Assembly: GCA_964555905.1 (NCBI GenBank)
Contig: CAZKUI010000002.1
Coordinates: 1-41,075, forward strand
DNA length: 41,075 nt
Origin: an uncultured Candidatus Bathyarchaeia archaeon
Lineage (GTDB): Archaea > Thermoproteota > Bathyarchaeia > EX4484-135 > B24-G1
Reading direction: 5' to 3'
The position numbers were made by a program, and so were the translations under genes. Position 1 is the stretch's first letter, and each line of letters starts with the position of its first letter. Shown here in pieces: positions 33,128-41,075 of the stretch. The notes beneath the pieces were generated by a model. That model ran no database searches, was not told the origin of the DNA, and saw nothing but the letters and a program-made list of their open reading frames with translations.

Positions 33128-34260
33128 TGAGCGCCCGTAGGACACAACTATATGAGTTTCATAAGGAGCATGGGAAACTTACAGTATTCTCCGGATTCGA
33201 GATGCCCCTCTGGTATAAGGGGATCATACCGGAGCACATGGCCGTCCGAAACTCGGTCGGCATCTTCGACGTAAGCCACATGGGCCGCCTCTTCATCCGC
33301 GGGCCCGACGCTGAGGCGTTCATGAACTACGTCACCTCCAATGATGTCTCCCGGTTGGAGCCCATGAAGGCGCATTACACGACCATACTCAATGAGAGGG
33401 GTGGAATCGTGGACGATACGGTGTTATACCGCCTCGCGAAGGACTGGTTCCTTCAGGTTCCCAACGCGGCTAACCGGGAGAAGGACTATAACTGGTTCGT
33501 CAGCCATGCCAGTGGATTTAACGTCACCATAGAGAATCACTCGGATGAAATCGCCATGCTCGCGGTTCAGGGACCTAAGGCCGTGGATGTAGTCAGCGAG
33601 GTCTCGGGGGAGAACCTAAGCCACGTGGGGAGATTCTCCGGTAGGTGGGTGGAGATTAGGGGGGTGAAGGTTCTAGCCACAAGAACTGGATACACGGGCG
33701 AGGATGGATTCGAACTCTTCGTCTGGGATTCCCCCGTCGACAGGCCGGAGAACGCCTTCAAGGTGTGGAACGCCATTTTGGAGGCTGGTGGGAAGTTCGG
33801 CATAGAACCGTGCGGCCTCGGGGCTAGGGATACCCTCCGGCTTGAGGCGGGCATGTGCCTGTATGGCAACGATATAGATGATGACACCACCCCCCTAGAG
33901 GCTGGAATCGGCTTCGTGGTGAAGCTCGGTAAGGGAGAGTTCATCGGTAGGGATGCGCTATTAAGGCAGAAGGAGGAGGGGGTTAAGCGCCTCAGAATAG
34001 GCATTAAATTGTTGGAGAGGGGCATTCCGAGGCCTCACCATGAGGTTTGGAGCGATGGGGAGAAGATAGGCGTCGTCACCAGCGGAACCCTCTCCCCCGT
34101 ACTTAAGTGCGGCATCGCTATGGCCTACGTAGACGCTGAATACGCAAAATACGGCGAGCACGTCTTCATCAACATTAGGGGGAGGAAAGTTGAGGGTGAA
34201 ATCGTTAAATTCCCCTTCTACGACACTGAAAAATACGGATATAGGAGGAAGGTTAAGTGA
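33127..34260 (+). CDS. gcvT: Glycine cleavage system T protein (aminomethyltransferase)
   Basis: FSGFEMPLWY, GIFDVSHMG, LAVQGPKA, TGYTGEDGFE, GLGARDTLRLEAG and LYGND are canonical GcvT motifs. Confidence 0.92.
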   Translation: MSARRTQLYEFHKEHGKLTVFSGFEMPLWYKGIIPEHMAVRNSVGIFDVSHMGRLFIRGPDAEAFMNYVTSNDVSRLEPMKAHYTTILNERGGIVDDTVLYRLAKDWFLQVPNAANREKDYNWFVSHASGFNVTIENHSDEIAMLAVQGPKAVDVVSEVSGENLSHVGRFSGRWVEIRGVKVLATRTGYTGEDGFELFVWDSPVDRPENAFKVWNAILEAGGKFGIEPCGLGARDTLRLEAGMCLYGNDIDDDTTPLEAGIGFVVKLGKGEFIGRDALLRQKEEGVKRLRIGIKLLERGIPRPHHEVWSDGEKIGVVTSGTLSPVLKCGIAMAYVDAEYAKYGEHVFINIRGRKVEGEIVKFPFYDTEKYGYRRKVK

Positions 34261-34664
34261 CCGAGGAATATGAAGTTCCGCAAGGTCTCTACTACACGAA
34301 GGAGCATGAATGGGGGCGGGTTGAGGACGGCGTCGTAGTGATGGGCATCACCGACTACGCGCAGAAGGAGCTCCACGAAATCGTCTACGTGGAACTCCCG
34401 GAGGTGGGGACGGAGGTTGAGCAGATGGGCGTAGTTGGAACCGTGGAGTCGGTGAAGGCCGTGTCGGAGATTTACTCCCCAGTGTCCGGGAGGGTCGTTG
34501 AGGTGAACAAACGCCTCGAGGAAAGCCCTGAAATCCTCAACCAAGACCCGTATGGTGAGGGGTGGATAGCGAAAATCCAACCATCAAACCTAGACGAGGA
34601 GCTCAAGAAGCTCATGACGGCGGAGCAGTACACCCAATACCTGAAATCCCTAGAAGAGGGGTAG
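34257..34664 (+). CDS. gcvH: Glycine cleavage system H protein (lipoyl carrier)
   Basis: YTKEHEWGRV, and ESVKAVSEIYSPVSG carrying the lipoyl-lysine motif. It has a GTG start overlapping the gcvT stop and an AGGAGG SD upstream. Confidence 0.92.
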   Translation: MTEEYEVPQGLYYTKEHEWGRVEDGVVVMGITDYAQKELHEIVYVELPEVGTEVEQMGVVGTVESVKAVSEIYSPVSGRVVEVNKRLEESPEILNQDPYGEGWIAKIQPSNLDEELKKLMTAEQYTQYLKSLEEG

Positions 34665-34673
34665 GGGGAAGCC

Positions 34674-35807
34674 CTACTCCACGGGGACCACGGCCTCCTC
34701 GCCGTAATCCACGATCACCCTCATGTAACCCCTTAACAGGTCGTCCAATTCCGGGTCTCCAGTGTCCACTCTCAGCTTTTTCAAGCCCATTATTTTGCTC
34801 TTACTGGCTACCACTATGATGTTGTCCTTCCCCACCATCCTAATTACGCTCGGGCTTATCTGCTGGTTCCCCCTTCCAAATATGAAGCCCTGCCCCCCAA
34901 TTGGAGTGACTATAATTTTCGCCTTTCTCCCCCTTATCTTGCTTAGAATCTCCGCCTCGTTTACGTCCCTCGCTAGGAGCTCACCGTCGCATATTAGGTC
35001 TACTCCAAGGAGCGTTTTCTCAACGCCGAGCTCCTCGGCTATGGGCCTGGTGGTGGTGCCGGGCCCAACTATGTAGATTACCCCGGGCTCCATGTTCTCC
35101 ACCACGTACTTGGCGATTGCCCTCTTGTTCTCCAGTTCGTCCTCCGCCACGGGGCTGGGAATCTTCATCCCTTGGAGGAGGGTCGGCTCGTAGGGGGTCA
35201 TCACGTACCCGTATAGCTTCGCCGAGAGCCTCCCAGCCCTGTACGCCTCCTCGTCTACATCCATCACCTCCCCCTCCTTAAGGGGGAGCTCCCCCCAGAG
35301 GAATCGGATGGCGATTCTGGCGGCGGCCTTCGGGTTCACGGCGAAGACGGCGCTATGCATCTTCACCCCGGTTGGGACGCCGAGCACCGGGATGTCCATG
35401 TCCACCGCGTCCAGCACATCCCGGGCTGTCCCATCGCCACCGCAGAAGACCAAGAGGTCTACGCCCAGCTTCTTCATCTCAGCGGCGGCTCTCCTAGTAT
35501 CCTCGGGGGTGGTCTCCTCCTTCCTTTCCCCTATGACCACGGGGTTGAAGCCGCATTCCCTAGCCTCGTCCTCCCCCATCAACCCAGCGGCTGCCACCAA
35601 CCTAATCTTCTCCTTTAGGGGTTGGAGTTCCATCAGGAACTTCCTAGCCCTCTCCGGCGCAACGGGCTTGGCACCCAACTCTATAGCCCTCTTCAGAACC
35701 TCCGGTCCATCGGTTCCCTTAAGCCCCACCGCACCCCCCATGCCCGCTATGGGGTTCACTATGAAGCCTAGGGCGAAGTTCTCAACGCCCATCCACCACA
35801 ACCTCAC
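34674..35807 (-). CDS. ATP-NAD kinase-like family protein (COG3199 type)
   Basis: GFIVNPIAGMGG lies at the N-terminus and the GGDGT motif appears as FCGGDGTARDV. The protein is 377 aa. An alternative start is at 35792. Confidence 0.6.
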   Translation of the reverse strand: MRLWWMGVENFALGFIVNPIAGMGGAVGLKGTDGPEVLKRAIELGAKPVAPERARKFLMELQPLKEKIRLVAAAGLMGEDEARECGFNPVVIGERKEETTPEDTRRAAAEMKKLGVDLLVFCGGDGTARDVLDAVDMDIPVLGVPTGVKMHSAVFAVNPKAAARIAIRFLWGELPLKEGEVMDVDEEAYRAGRLSAKLYGYVMTPYEPTLLQGMKIPSPVAEDELENKRAIAKYVVENMEPGVIYIVGPGTTTRPIAEELGVEKTLLGVDLICDGELLARDVNEAEILSKIRGRKAKIIVTPIGGQGFIFGRGNQQISPSVIRMVGKDNIIVVASKSKIMGLKKLRVDTGDPELDDLLRGYMRVIVDYGEEAVVPVE

Positions 35808-35922
35808 TAGAATCTAGGAGCCACGCCACAAATAACCTCTTACCGGAACCCCACACCACCTGCAGGGTGCACCCGTAATTTAAATAAGGGATGCCCTGTA
35901 AACTGTTGGGTAGGCGGGGTTC

Positions 35923-37971
35923 ATGGAGCTCAAAAAGAAGCTTGGAACGGTGGGCAGGAAGGCCCTTGACGCACTAAAGGGGGTTAAGGGTCTACGTTTT
36001 CAGGTTTCCCACGCCTCCCTCGTCCACGCAACGCTCCTCGCGCTCATCCTAATTCTAGCGTTCTCCATCAGGATGCTCCCACTCCAATGGGGTTTCTACC
36101 TCTCCGAGTTCGACCCCTACTTCCACTACCGCCTCGCAGAATACGTAGACAGGCACGGCTTCCTCTCTTGGCTCACCTGGCACGACTACAAAACTTGGTA
36201 TCCATACGGGAGGGACATCGCCGAGACCTCCTTCCCGGGCCTGGCCCTAACAGCCGCCTTCCTGTATCGTGTGCTTAAGTTCCTAGGCGTTCCCATAACC
36301 CTCTATCAGCTCTGCGTGATATTCCCACCCGTGATGGCGTGCCTAGCCTGCGTCGCCATCTACCTCCTAGGTAGGGATATAGGCGGCAGGAATGCAGGCC
36401 TCCTCTCCGCCCTCTTCCTAGCCGTGAACCCCCCATACATCTCAAGAACCTCGCTGGGGTTCTTCGACGACGAAACCGTCGGAGTCCTAGCCATGATAAT
36501 AACCTTCTACACGTTCCTCCGCTCCATCGACCCAGAGAGACCCACTAAGAGCCGGATACTTTATTCCATCGCGGCCGGGCTCTCGCTGGGTTACATCTCA
36601 GCCTCTTGGGGTGCATCCCGATACCCCCTAGGCATACTGTGGCTCTTCGCATTCATCCTGCTTATATGCGGAAAATACACGCCGGAACTGCTTCAGTCCT
36701 ACGCGATAACCCTCGGATTAGGGCTGTTTATTGCGGTTCACGTCCCAAAGCTTGGGATGGAGTTCCTATTTGAAATGTCCTGCATCCCAGCCTTCGGAGT
36801 CCTCATCCTCCTATGCATCTACGAGGGAGTACGCCACATCAAAGCCACGTGGATTAAAGTAACTGCGGTGATTGCCACCATGCTTCTCCTAGCGGGTGGC
36901 TACTTCCTCCTTTCCCAGTACGGACTTGTGAAGCCCATAGGCCGGAAGTTCCTAGCGGTCTTAAACCCCTTTGCGCGACTCAAGAGTCCACTAGTTCAGT
37001 CAGTGGCGGAGCACAGGCCAACGGCTTGGTCCTCCCTGTTCTACGAGTTGGGGGGCGGCATCCTATTCGCCATCATCGGCCTGTACTTCACAACCCAGAA
37101 CCCTACGACGAGAAACATCTTTCTAACCATTTACGGCCTCTCCACCCTCTACTTCACCTGCTCCATGGTGAGGTTGCTGTTGATCCTCGCCCCGCCCTTC
37201 TGCATCCTCTGGGCCACCGCCCTGACCCGGCTGGCTAGACCCTTCGTGGAGATAATCCGCGAGGCCGACCTCCTCACTAGGGGTAAGCGCCCGAGGCCGC
37301 ACGTGGGGAAGGAGTTCAGCGTCCTCTTCCTCATCGTAATATTCCTGCTTTCGTTCCTCTCAACCGGCCGCGCCATACACTTCGCCAACATGCCGACCAC
37401 CATCGCCTCGGCTGGGACGCCCACGAGGAGGTTCTACCCGGATTGGATAGACGCCCTAGCGTGGATGAGGTGCAACCTACCCGACGACGCCGTTGTGTGC
37501 AGTTGGTGGGACTACGGTTACTGGATAACAGTCCTAGGAAACAAGACGACGCTAGCGGATAACGGAACCATAAACAGCACACAGATTAAGACGATCGCCA
37601 CGATGTTCATGTCCAACGAGGAGGAGGCCATAAAAATTCTCAAACGTTATGATGTAACGCATGTAGTGATATTCATAACGTTCAACACGCGCGGTCAATT
37701 CATCGGATGGGGTGAGGAGAGCAAGTGGGTTTGGATGGCCCGCATCGCAGGTCTAAACGAGTCGGATTACATGAATACGCGGACCGGGGTCTGGACGGAT
37801 TTGGGAACAAAAACCGTCATTTATAAGTTGATGACCTACGGAATGCAGACGCGGATGGGCGTAAAACCGATGGTGACGCTGGAGCACTTCCGCCTCGTCT
37901 ACCACTCCACTGGGCCCCCCGCGGGTGGCGTCTACGCCCTGGTATGCGTCTACGAAGTCCTATATGACTAG
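35923..37971 (+). CDS. aglB: Archaeal oligosaccharyltransferase AglB (STT3 homologue)
   Basis: The 682-aa protein has about 13 N-terminal TM helices. It carries the WWDYGYW motif and a soluble C-terminal domain. Confidence 0.9.
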   Translation: MELKKKLGTVGRKALDALKGVKGLRFQVSHASLVHATLLALILILAFSIRMLPLQWGFYLSEFDPYFHYRLAEYVDRHGFLSWLTWHDYKTWYPYGRDIAETSFPGLALTAAFLYRVLKFLGVPITLYQLCVIFPPVMACLACVAIYLLGRDIGGRNAGLLSALFLAVNPPYISRTSLGFFDDETVGVLAMIITFYTFLRSIDPERPTKSRILYSIAAGLSLGYISASWGASRYPLGILWLFAFILLICGKYTPELLQSYAITLGLGLFIAVHVPKLGMEFLFEMSCIPAFGVLILLCIYEGVRHIKATWIKVTAVIATMLLLAGGYFLLSQYGLVKPIGRKFLAVLNPFARLKSPLVQSVAEHRPTAWSSLFYELGGGILFAIIGLYFTTQNPTTRNIFLTIYGLSTLYFTCSMVRLLLILAPPFCILWATALTRLARPFVEIIREADLLTRGKRPRPHVGKEFSVLFLIVIFLLSFLSTGRAIHFANMPTTIASAGTPTRRFYPDWIDALAWMRCNLPDDAVVCSWWDYGYWITVLGNKTTLADNGTINSTQIKTIATMFMSNEEEAIKILKRYDVTHVVIFITFNTRGQFIGWGEESKWVWMARIAGLNESDYMNTRTGVWTDLGTKTVIYKLMTYGMQTRMGVKPMVTLEHFRLVYHSTGPPAGGVYALVCVYEVLYD

Positions 37972-37977
37972 TTGGGG

Positions 37978-38748
37978 TTAGCTGATGTAGCTGACCCTTC
38001 TTTCCTCCATCCTGCGGAGCCTGTCCGCCCTCAGCGCCCTCTTAGCCTCTATGCCCCGGATGCTCCCCTCAAGCTTCCTAGCCTTTTCAATCTCCTCGTC
38101 TAGCATGCTCAGGTCAAGCGGTATGTTCAGAAGCCTCGTCAGGACTTCGAGAACCTTCTTGGCGGCTAGGGGGTCCGGCAGGTACCCCCGGGTTTCACCT
38201 AGGAGGCATAGACCCTCCATGTTCCTGAAGCTGGTGAGGCCTGGGAGCAGGCCCGCGATGCCGACGATGGGGCTCCCGGATGGCGCCGCCCTCGCCCCAG
38301 CGGCCTCCGCGGCCCTCAGCAGCTTCTCGCTGTTGGAGGCGCACATGACTTTTGGTTCTCCGCTGTCGCTCCTGTATCCCCCGATGGTGATGACCCTCCT
38401 CACGCCGTATTTCTCGGCGAAGTCTAGGAGCTTGGCGGCCACCTCATACTGCCCATCTATGGTCTGCGCTTGGCTGTCCCCGGTGAGGAGTATGAGGTCG
38501 CACGTTCTCCATCCACCCTTCCAATAGTACAGCTCAGCCCTCAGAAGGCGGATTCCACCCTTCTTATTCACCACGACGTGGTAGGGGAAATGGGGCGAGT
38601 ACAACTCCGCGAACTTCCTAGCCTTCAACTGCTTGATCAGATAGCTAACCGCGATCTTCCCAACCATGCCCAAGCCTGGGAATCCCTCGATTAGCGTTGG
38701 GGATTCGAGGTCCGCCTTGGAGAACTCCTTAATCACCGTGCTTTTCAC
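37978..38748 (-). CDS. PAC2-family proteasome assembly chaperone-like protein (COG1938)
   Basis: LIEGFPGLGMVG at the N-terminus is typical of the PAC2 family. It holds the conserved position after nop10. The start is GTG. Confidence 0.7.
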   Translation of the reverse strand: MKSTVIKEFSKADLESPTLIEGFPGLGMVGKIAVSYLIKQLKARKFAELYSPHFPYHVVVNKKGGIRLLRAELYYWKGGWRTCDLILLTGDSQAQTIDGQYEVAAKLLDFAEKYGVRRVITIGGYRSDSGEPKVMCASNSEKLLRAAEAAGARAAPSGSPIVGIAGLLPGLTSFRNMEGLCLLGETRGYLPDPLAAKKVLEVLTRLLNIPLDLSMLDEEIEKARKLEGSIRGIEAKRALRADRLRRMEERRVSYIS

Positions 38749-38911
38749 CTTCGGTCATCCTCCTGAGCATCCTCCTATACTTGGCGTACCTGTTCTCCGG
38801 GGAGAACTTCGGGGGGTGAGGTGTGCGAACCATCCCACCACAGTATGGGCACTTCTCCTTATTTAATGTGTACCTCCCGCATTTAACGCACCTTCTCAGG
38901 AGCCAGCCCAC
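38729..38911 (-). CDS. nop10: H/ACA RNP protein Nop10
   Basis: LRRCVKCGRYTLNKEKCPYCGG is the zinc ribbon and HPPKFSPENRYAKYRRML is the conserved tail. GTG at 38911 sits directly after the aIF2alpha stop. The longer ORF to 38944 overlaps aIF2alpha. Confidence 0.85.
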   Translation of the reverse strand: MGWLLRRCVKCGRYTLNKEKCPYCGGMVRTPHPPKFSPENRYAKYRRMLRRMTEGEKHGD

Positions 38912-38912
38912 C

Positions 38913-39701
38913 CTACTTCTCCCTCTGGAATGAGCCGGTTCCACCAGCCTCCTTTATGGTGGCGATGGCGGCCTCCACGGCCTTACTGAGGGCGGCCTCC
39001 GCATCCTTATAGTTCTCCGCGGTGACTTCGATGCGGTATCTTGGGGCTCCGATGGTGTAGGCCTCCACGCTCGCCTTCTCGCCGCCGGCCTTCACCGCCT
39101 TGAGGAGGGCATTCTTTATGTGCACCACGCCGTTGGGTTTAAGGCACTGGAGCGTCAAAACCCCCTTAACTCTAGCCTTCTTCACCTTTATCCTCTCAGC
39201 GGCGATTCTAGCCAGAACCTCGGCTATCTCCTCGGGAACCCCGGCCTTTACGAGGGGGGCTGGCCCCTCCCTAGCCGCCCTCTCCAACCCATCGTAGAGG
39301 GCGCCGTACTCTTCCTCTATGGGAATCCCCGCCACGTCGTAGAGTTCCTCCGGCGTCATGCCTAACTCTTGGGAGGCGACCATGAATAGGCCTTCAGCCC
39401 TCTTCATCCTCTTCCACTCAAGGAGCTTCCTCACCCGTTCAGGTTTCTCCACCCTCCTCAGGGAGAGGTCTATATGCCCCCTGCTGGGGTCCACCCTCAA
39501 AACCTTCAGGACCACCTTCTGGCCTTCCCTGACGAAGTTCCTTATGTTCCTGACCCAGCTGGAGGAGACCTCGGATATGTGGAGTAGACCCTCCTTCCCG
39601 TACTCGTCTAGGATTACGTATGCGCCGTAGCTCGTTATCCTATTCACGGTGGCTACCACGAGTTCCCCGACTTCGGGCCATTCATCGCCTTTCCTAAACA
39701 A
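38913..39701 (-). CDS. eif2a: Translation initiation factor aIF2 alpha subunit
   Basis: An N-terminal S1 domain (GELVVATVNRITSYGAYVILDEY...LLHISEVSS) is followed by helical and alpha-beta domains. The protein is 262 aa. Confidence 0.9.
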   Translation of the reverse strand: MFRKGDEWPEVGELVVATVNRITSYGAYVILDEYGKEGLLHISEVSSSWVRNIRNFVREGQKVVLKVLRVDPSRGHIDLSLRRVEKPERVRKLLEWKRMKRAEGLFMVASQELGMTPEELYDVAGIPIEEEYGALYDGLERAAREGPAPLVKAGVPEEIAEVLARIAAERIKVKKARVKGVLTLQCLKPNGVVHIKNALLKAVKAGGEKASVEAYTIGAPRYRIEVTAENYKDAEAALSKAVEAAIATIKEAGGTGSFQREK

Positions 39702-39715
39702 GCGGCCCCTCCCCC

Positions 39716-39919
39716 CTACTCCAACTCCGCGGTCACTACACCCCTAATCTTCGCCTTCCCCCCGGCTGGCTCCGCCAAAACCGCCCCGCAGACGATGCAC
39801 CGAACCACGGTGGACGCGTGGTCGAATATTATCTGCTCATTTCCGCACTCGGGGCACTTAACCCTAATGAACTTGCTCCTAGGCTTCGGCACCAGCTTCT
39901 CCCAATCAGCCGCCTCCAT
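39716..39919 (-). CDS. rps27e: 30S ribosomal protein S27e
   Basis: [32 protein letters not shown] is the C4 zinc ribbon typical of eS27. The protein is 67 aa. Confidence 0.9.
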   Translation of the reverse strand: MEAADWEKLVPKPRSKFIRVKCPECGNEQIIFDHASTVVRCIVCGAVLAEPAGGKAKIRGVVTAELE

Positions 39920-39933
39920 GCGCCCTCCACCCC

Positions 39934-40209
39934 CTACTCTATTATGAGGCGCCTAACCCTAATGCCCTTGCGGTGCTGGATGTAACCGCACACCTTACAT
40001 GTGAGCTTCACCGTCTGCTTCTTCGTGGTCTTGGCGAACCTCCTCTGCCTAGCGTACTTCTGCCCCCCGTATCCCTTCTTCTCCTCCTCGTGCTTCCTCT
40101 CTCCAATAGCGAGCGCCCTACGCTTCCCCGGCTTGTACAACGCCACCGAGTGCTCCCTGTGGGCCCTGCACCTAGGGCAGTACGTCCTAATGACCTTTGG
40201 TATCCTCAT
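39934..40209 (-). CDS. rpl44e: 50S ribosomal protein L44e (eL42)
   Basis: [20 protein letters not shown]...KLTCKVCGY with basic composition. The protein is 91 aa. Confidence 0.9.
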   Translation of the reverse strand: MRIPKVIRTYCPRCRAHREHSVALYKPGKRRALAIGERKHEEEKKGYGGQKYARQRRFAKTTKKQTVKLTCKVCGYIQHRKGIRVRRLIIE

Positions 40210-40774
40210 CCGCCTTCACCTCCACGGCTGCACCCCGCCCTATAAGGGCTTTGGCGTTCTCGGGGGGGAGCGCGGCCACATCCTCCCTCCTAAACGGTCC
40301 GTATGGCCGCATATCCGCCCCCACGATAGCTGGAATGTCCCGTAGAAACCTCACTAATATCTTTTTTGGCTTTTCTTCCACTTCGGGTTTGGCTTCTCTT
40401 AAGGCGCCAGTTTCCAGCCTGCCTGAAACCATCCCGAGGATGTTGTGGTAGACCTCTGAGAGGTGCTTGGCTCCCTCTAGGAACTTGGATTCCTCGGGGG
40501 TTATGGATTCCGCGTTTATGGTTTCCCCCCTCATGGCGCGCCTGAGAATCTTTCTCAGCCGAAGTTTGACCAGACTTCTAGCCATTTCGTAGACGTTCTT
40601 AAGCTCCTCCTCCGCGATTTCACCCTCCACGGTTTCTCCCCCCAACTCCGCCACTTTTTCCCTTAGGGTGTGGATGTATTCCGCCAGTTGCTTGTAGAAG
40701 TCTTTGGGTATGGGTTGGAGCTCTTCCGCTTTCTTCTCCCGGAGCCACGCCTCGTAGACGGTGTCGTACTCCAC
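40187..40774 (-). CDS. GINS subunit, Gins15/Gins51 (Sld5/Psf1-like)
   Basis: The N-terminal A-domain pattern is LQPIPKDFYKQLAEYIHTL ... LVKLRLRKILRRA. The C-terminal B-domain is VRFLRDIPAIVGADMRPYGPFRREDVAALPPENAKALIGRGAA. It lies next to the priS fragment, the known archaeal pairing. Confidence 0.7.
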   Translation of the reverse strand: MEYDTVYEAWLREKKAEELQPIPKDFYKQLAEYIHTLREKVAELGGETVEGEIAEEELKNVYEMARSLVKLRLRKILRRAMRGETINAESITPEESKFLEGAKHLSEVYHNILGMVSGRLETGALREAKPEVEEKPKKILVRFLRDIPAIVGADMRPYGPFRREDVAALPPENAKALIGRGAAVEVKADEDTKGH

Positions 40775-40776
40775 CC

Positions 40777-41075
40777 TCAGGCCACCTCGGCGAACCCCTT
40801 GCAGAGGAGGAGGATGGCGGCGGCGGCGGGCAGCTCCACCCTCATCCCGGCGGTGTAGGGTCCGTAGACATCCTCTCCAACCCGGAACTCCACGGTATCC
40901 TCTAGAATCCTCACAGCCACCTCTCCCCGCCGGAACGCCACCGCCTCCCTCAGGGGGTCGAACACCTCCAGCCTTGATATGGGAACCTCCACCTTCCTGA
41001 GGCCCGTCTTTCCGTGGAGGGAGCCCTCAAGCCTCATCAGCCTATGCACGTCTATGGTGACAACCGGGTCTAACC
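40777..41075 (-). CDS. priS: DNA primase small (catalytic) subunit PriS, C-terminal part (5' end outside the window)
   Basis: The frame stays open to the window edge. VTIDVHRLMRLEGSLHGKTGL matches the conserved PriS block (VT.D..RL.R.P.SLHGKTGL), recalled from the family. It sits immediately upstream of the GINS gene. Confidence 0.6.
   Translation of the reverse strand, partial: LDPVVTIDVHRLMRLEGSLHGKTGLRKVEVPISRLEVFDPLREAVAFRRGEVAVRILEDTVEFRVGEDVYGPYTAGMRVELPAAAAILLLCKGFAEVA

Overview
This is a gene-dense archaeal chromosomal segment, about 41 kb, coded on both strands. It looks like a thermophilic TACK/Thermoproteota-like archaeon, but I cannot assign a species from sequence alone. Archaeal hallmarks include class I LysRS, ABCE1/RLI, bifunctional FBP aldolase/phosphatase, short archaeal TIM, AglB/STT3, CDP-archaeol synthase and a RadB-like ATPase. 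There is also a PriS-GINS-L44e-S27e-aIF2alpha-Nop10-PAC2 gene string and five intron-less tRNA genes, all with encoded CCA. The remaining genes are mostly amino-acid and central metabolism: a four-subunit proline/sarcosine-type dehydrogenase, gcvT-gcvH, an OCD-family enzyme, an APC permease and glycerate 2-kinase. I saw no CRISPR array, rRNA, transposase or integrase. The best candidate for something undescribed is an orphan 1154-aa gene (18102-21566, minus strand). It fuses a HerA/FtsK-type P-loop ATPase to a roughly 260-aa coiled coil with a central proline break and a C-terminal array of 13 CxxC pairs, with no partner nuclease nearby. Secondary points are a +1 frameshift in a G5 run splitting the FBP aldolase/phosphatase gene, a small 3-TM protein resembling eukaryotic OSTC/DC2 near aglB, and a low-GC orphan nucleotidyltransferase-like gene. 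Others are a GGAGG-rich 12-nt tandem repeat upstream of ABCE1, a perfect 20-bp palindrome at the NRAMP-like promoter, and a surface beta-helix protein with a cytoplasmic wHTH-like tail. All homology calls come from motif recognition by eye and need profile searches to confirm.
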